Source: Octopus bimaculoides | Lineage: Eukaryota | Length of the DNA stretch: 64,000 nucleotides | Assembly: GCF_001194135.2 (NCBI RefSeq) | Contig: NC_068987.1 | Span: 47,624,122 to 47,688,121 of the forward strand | Direction: 5' to 3' | In this document: positions 63,276 to 64,000 of the stretch, one piece after another | Position numbering within the stretch: the stretch's first letter is position 1 | Layout of the letters: every line of letters begins with the position of its first letter | Program-made: the position numbers and the translations under genes | Notes under the pieces: generated by a model | Told to the model about the DNA's origin: nothing | Database searches by the model: none | The model's input: the letters and a program-made list of their open reading frames with translations, nothing else

Positions 63276-64000
63276 TACAGGGTATTCAAAAAGTCTTTCC
63301 ACAGTATTTTATTGCAAAATAAATATTCATAAGATGGTATGAGACGACAAAAGAATATTTAAGACTTTAAAAAAACCTTATAAGTGGTGTTGAAAGTGTT
63401 GTCCTTCATTTTCAATACATAAGCTGACTCTTCTACACATGCTTTGAAATTCATCTTGGAGAGTCTGACGTGGTATAGACCATGTGAAGGCTATGATTTT
63501 CAGGCAATTCTTGTACACTTGCTCCCCAGAAAAAAAAAGTCTGGTGATGTTATAAATCAGGTGATCTTGGTGGCCAAGTCCCTTTGAAATAACCCGTTAA
63601 CTGAAAAACTCTTGAAGTAGCGGCATGGTGGTGTGCAAAGTATGTGCGGTAGCTCCATCTTGCTGAAAGTATGCATTATTAATTTCACTTTCAGTCAGTT
63701 GGCCTACAAATGGATAGACAATATTTGAGCAATATCTCTCAGTGTTGCTGGTGCCTTCAAAAAATATCGGTCCCACAATACGCTTTCTCGAAATTGCTAT
63801 CCATACTCCAACTTTTGCCGGATGCAGAGGTTGCTCATGCATCACGTCTGGATTCTCAGTGCTCCATAACCTTGTGTTTTGCGAACTCATGTATCCTGAC
63901 AGATGAAACAAAGCCTCATTGGCGTAAAAACACCCATCCAGCATTTCTATGCCTTTTTCGGCAACAAAGTTTTGAAACCAATGACAATAACAAAGCCTTT
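63276..64000 (-). mobile_element. rosa/DD41D-related Tc1/mariner, 3' part with right TIR
   Basis: TA|CAGGGTATTCAAAAAGTC terminus at 63276-63295. Translation NEALFHLSGYMSSQNTRLWSTENP..PLHPAKVGVW..VGPIFF..FQQDGATAHT..WPPRSPDL..DFFFWG. The element continues past the window edge. Confidence 0.9.

Overview
This is AT-rich eukaryotic genomic DNA, dense in microsatellites and old transposons. The SINE, RTE and MITE families suggest an octopod cephalopod (inference). One host gene is supported: the 3' part of an AP-1 adaptor sigma subunit gene (AP1S1/2/3 family) on the minus strand. Its exons lie at 63124-63232 and 58887-59024, followed by two alternative 45-nt terminal coding exons missed by the ORF track: 43076-43120 (DEALESTLKDYGLV*) and 37195-37239 (EETPQGFFEDHGLG*). 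The 5' exons lie beyond position 64000. Everything else is non-coding or transposon-derived. It includes decayed RTE, CR1-group and R4/Dong LINEs, three Tc1/mariner remnants, TTAA-flanked MITEs, at least three tRNA-derived SINE families (one in head-to-tail arrays), hairpin elements and four N gaps. The most unusual object is an intronic Penelope-like element (45830-47606, 12-bp TSD) with an inverted terminal copy. Both of its termini carry a degenerate minimal hammerhead ribozyme, and one also has a tRNA-like Pol III module about 60 nt upstream of the ribozyme. No CRISPR array, rRNA or intact tRNA gene was found, and no clearly new multi-gene system is evident. All family assignments come from motif recognition by eye, not from database searches.
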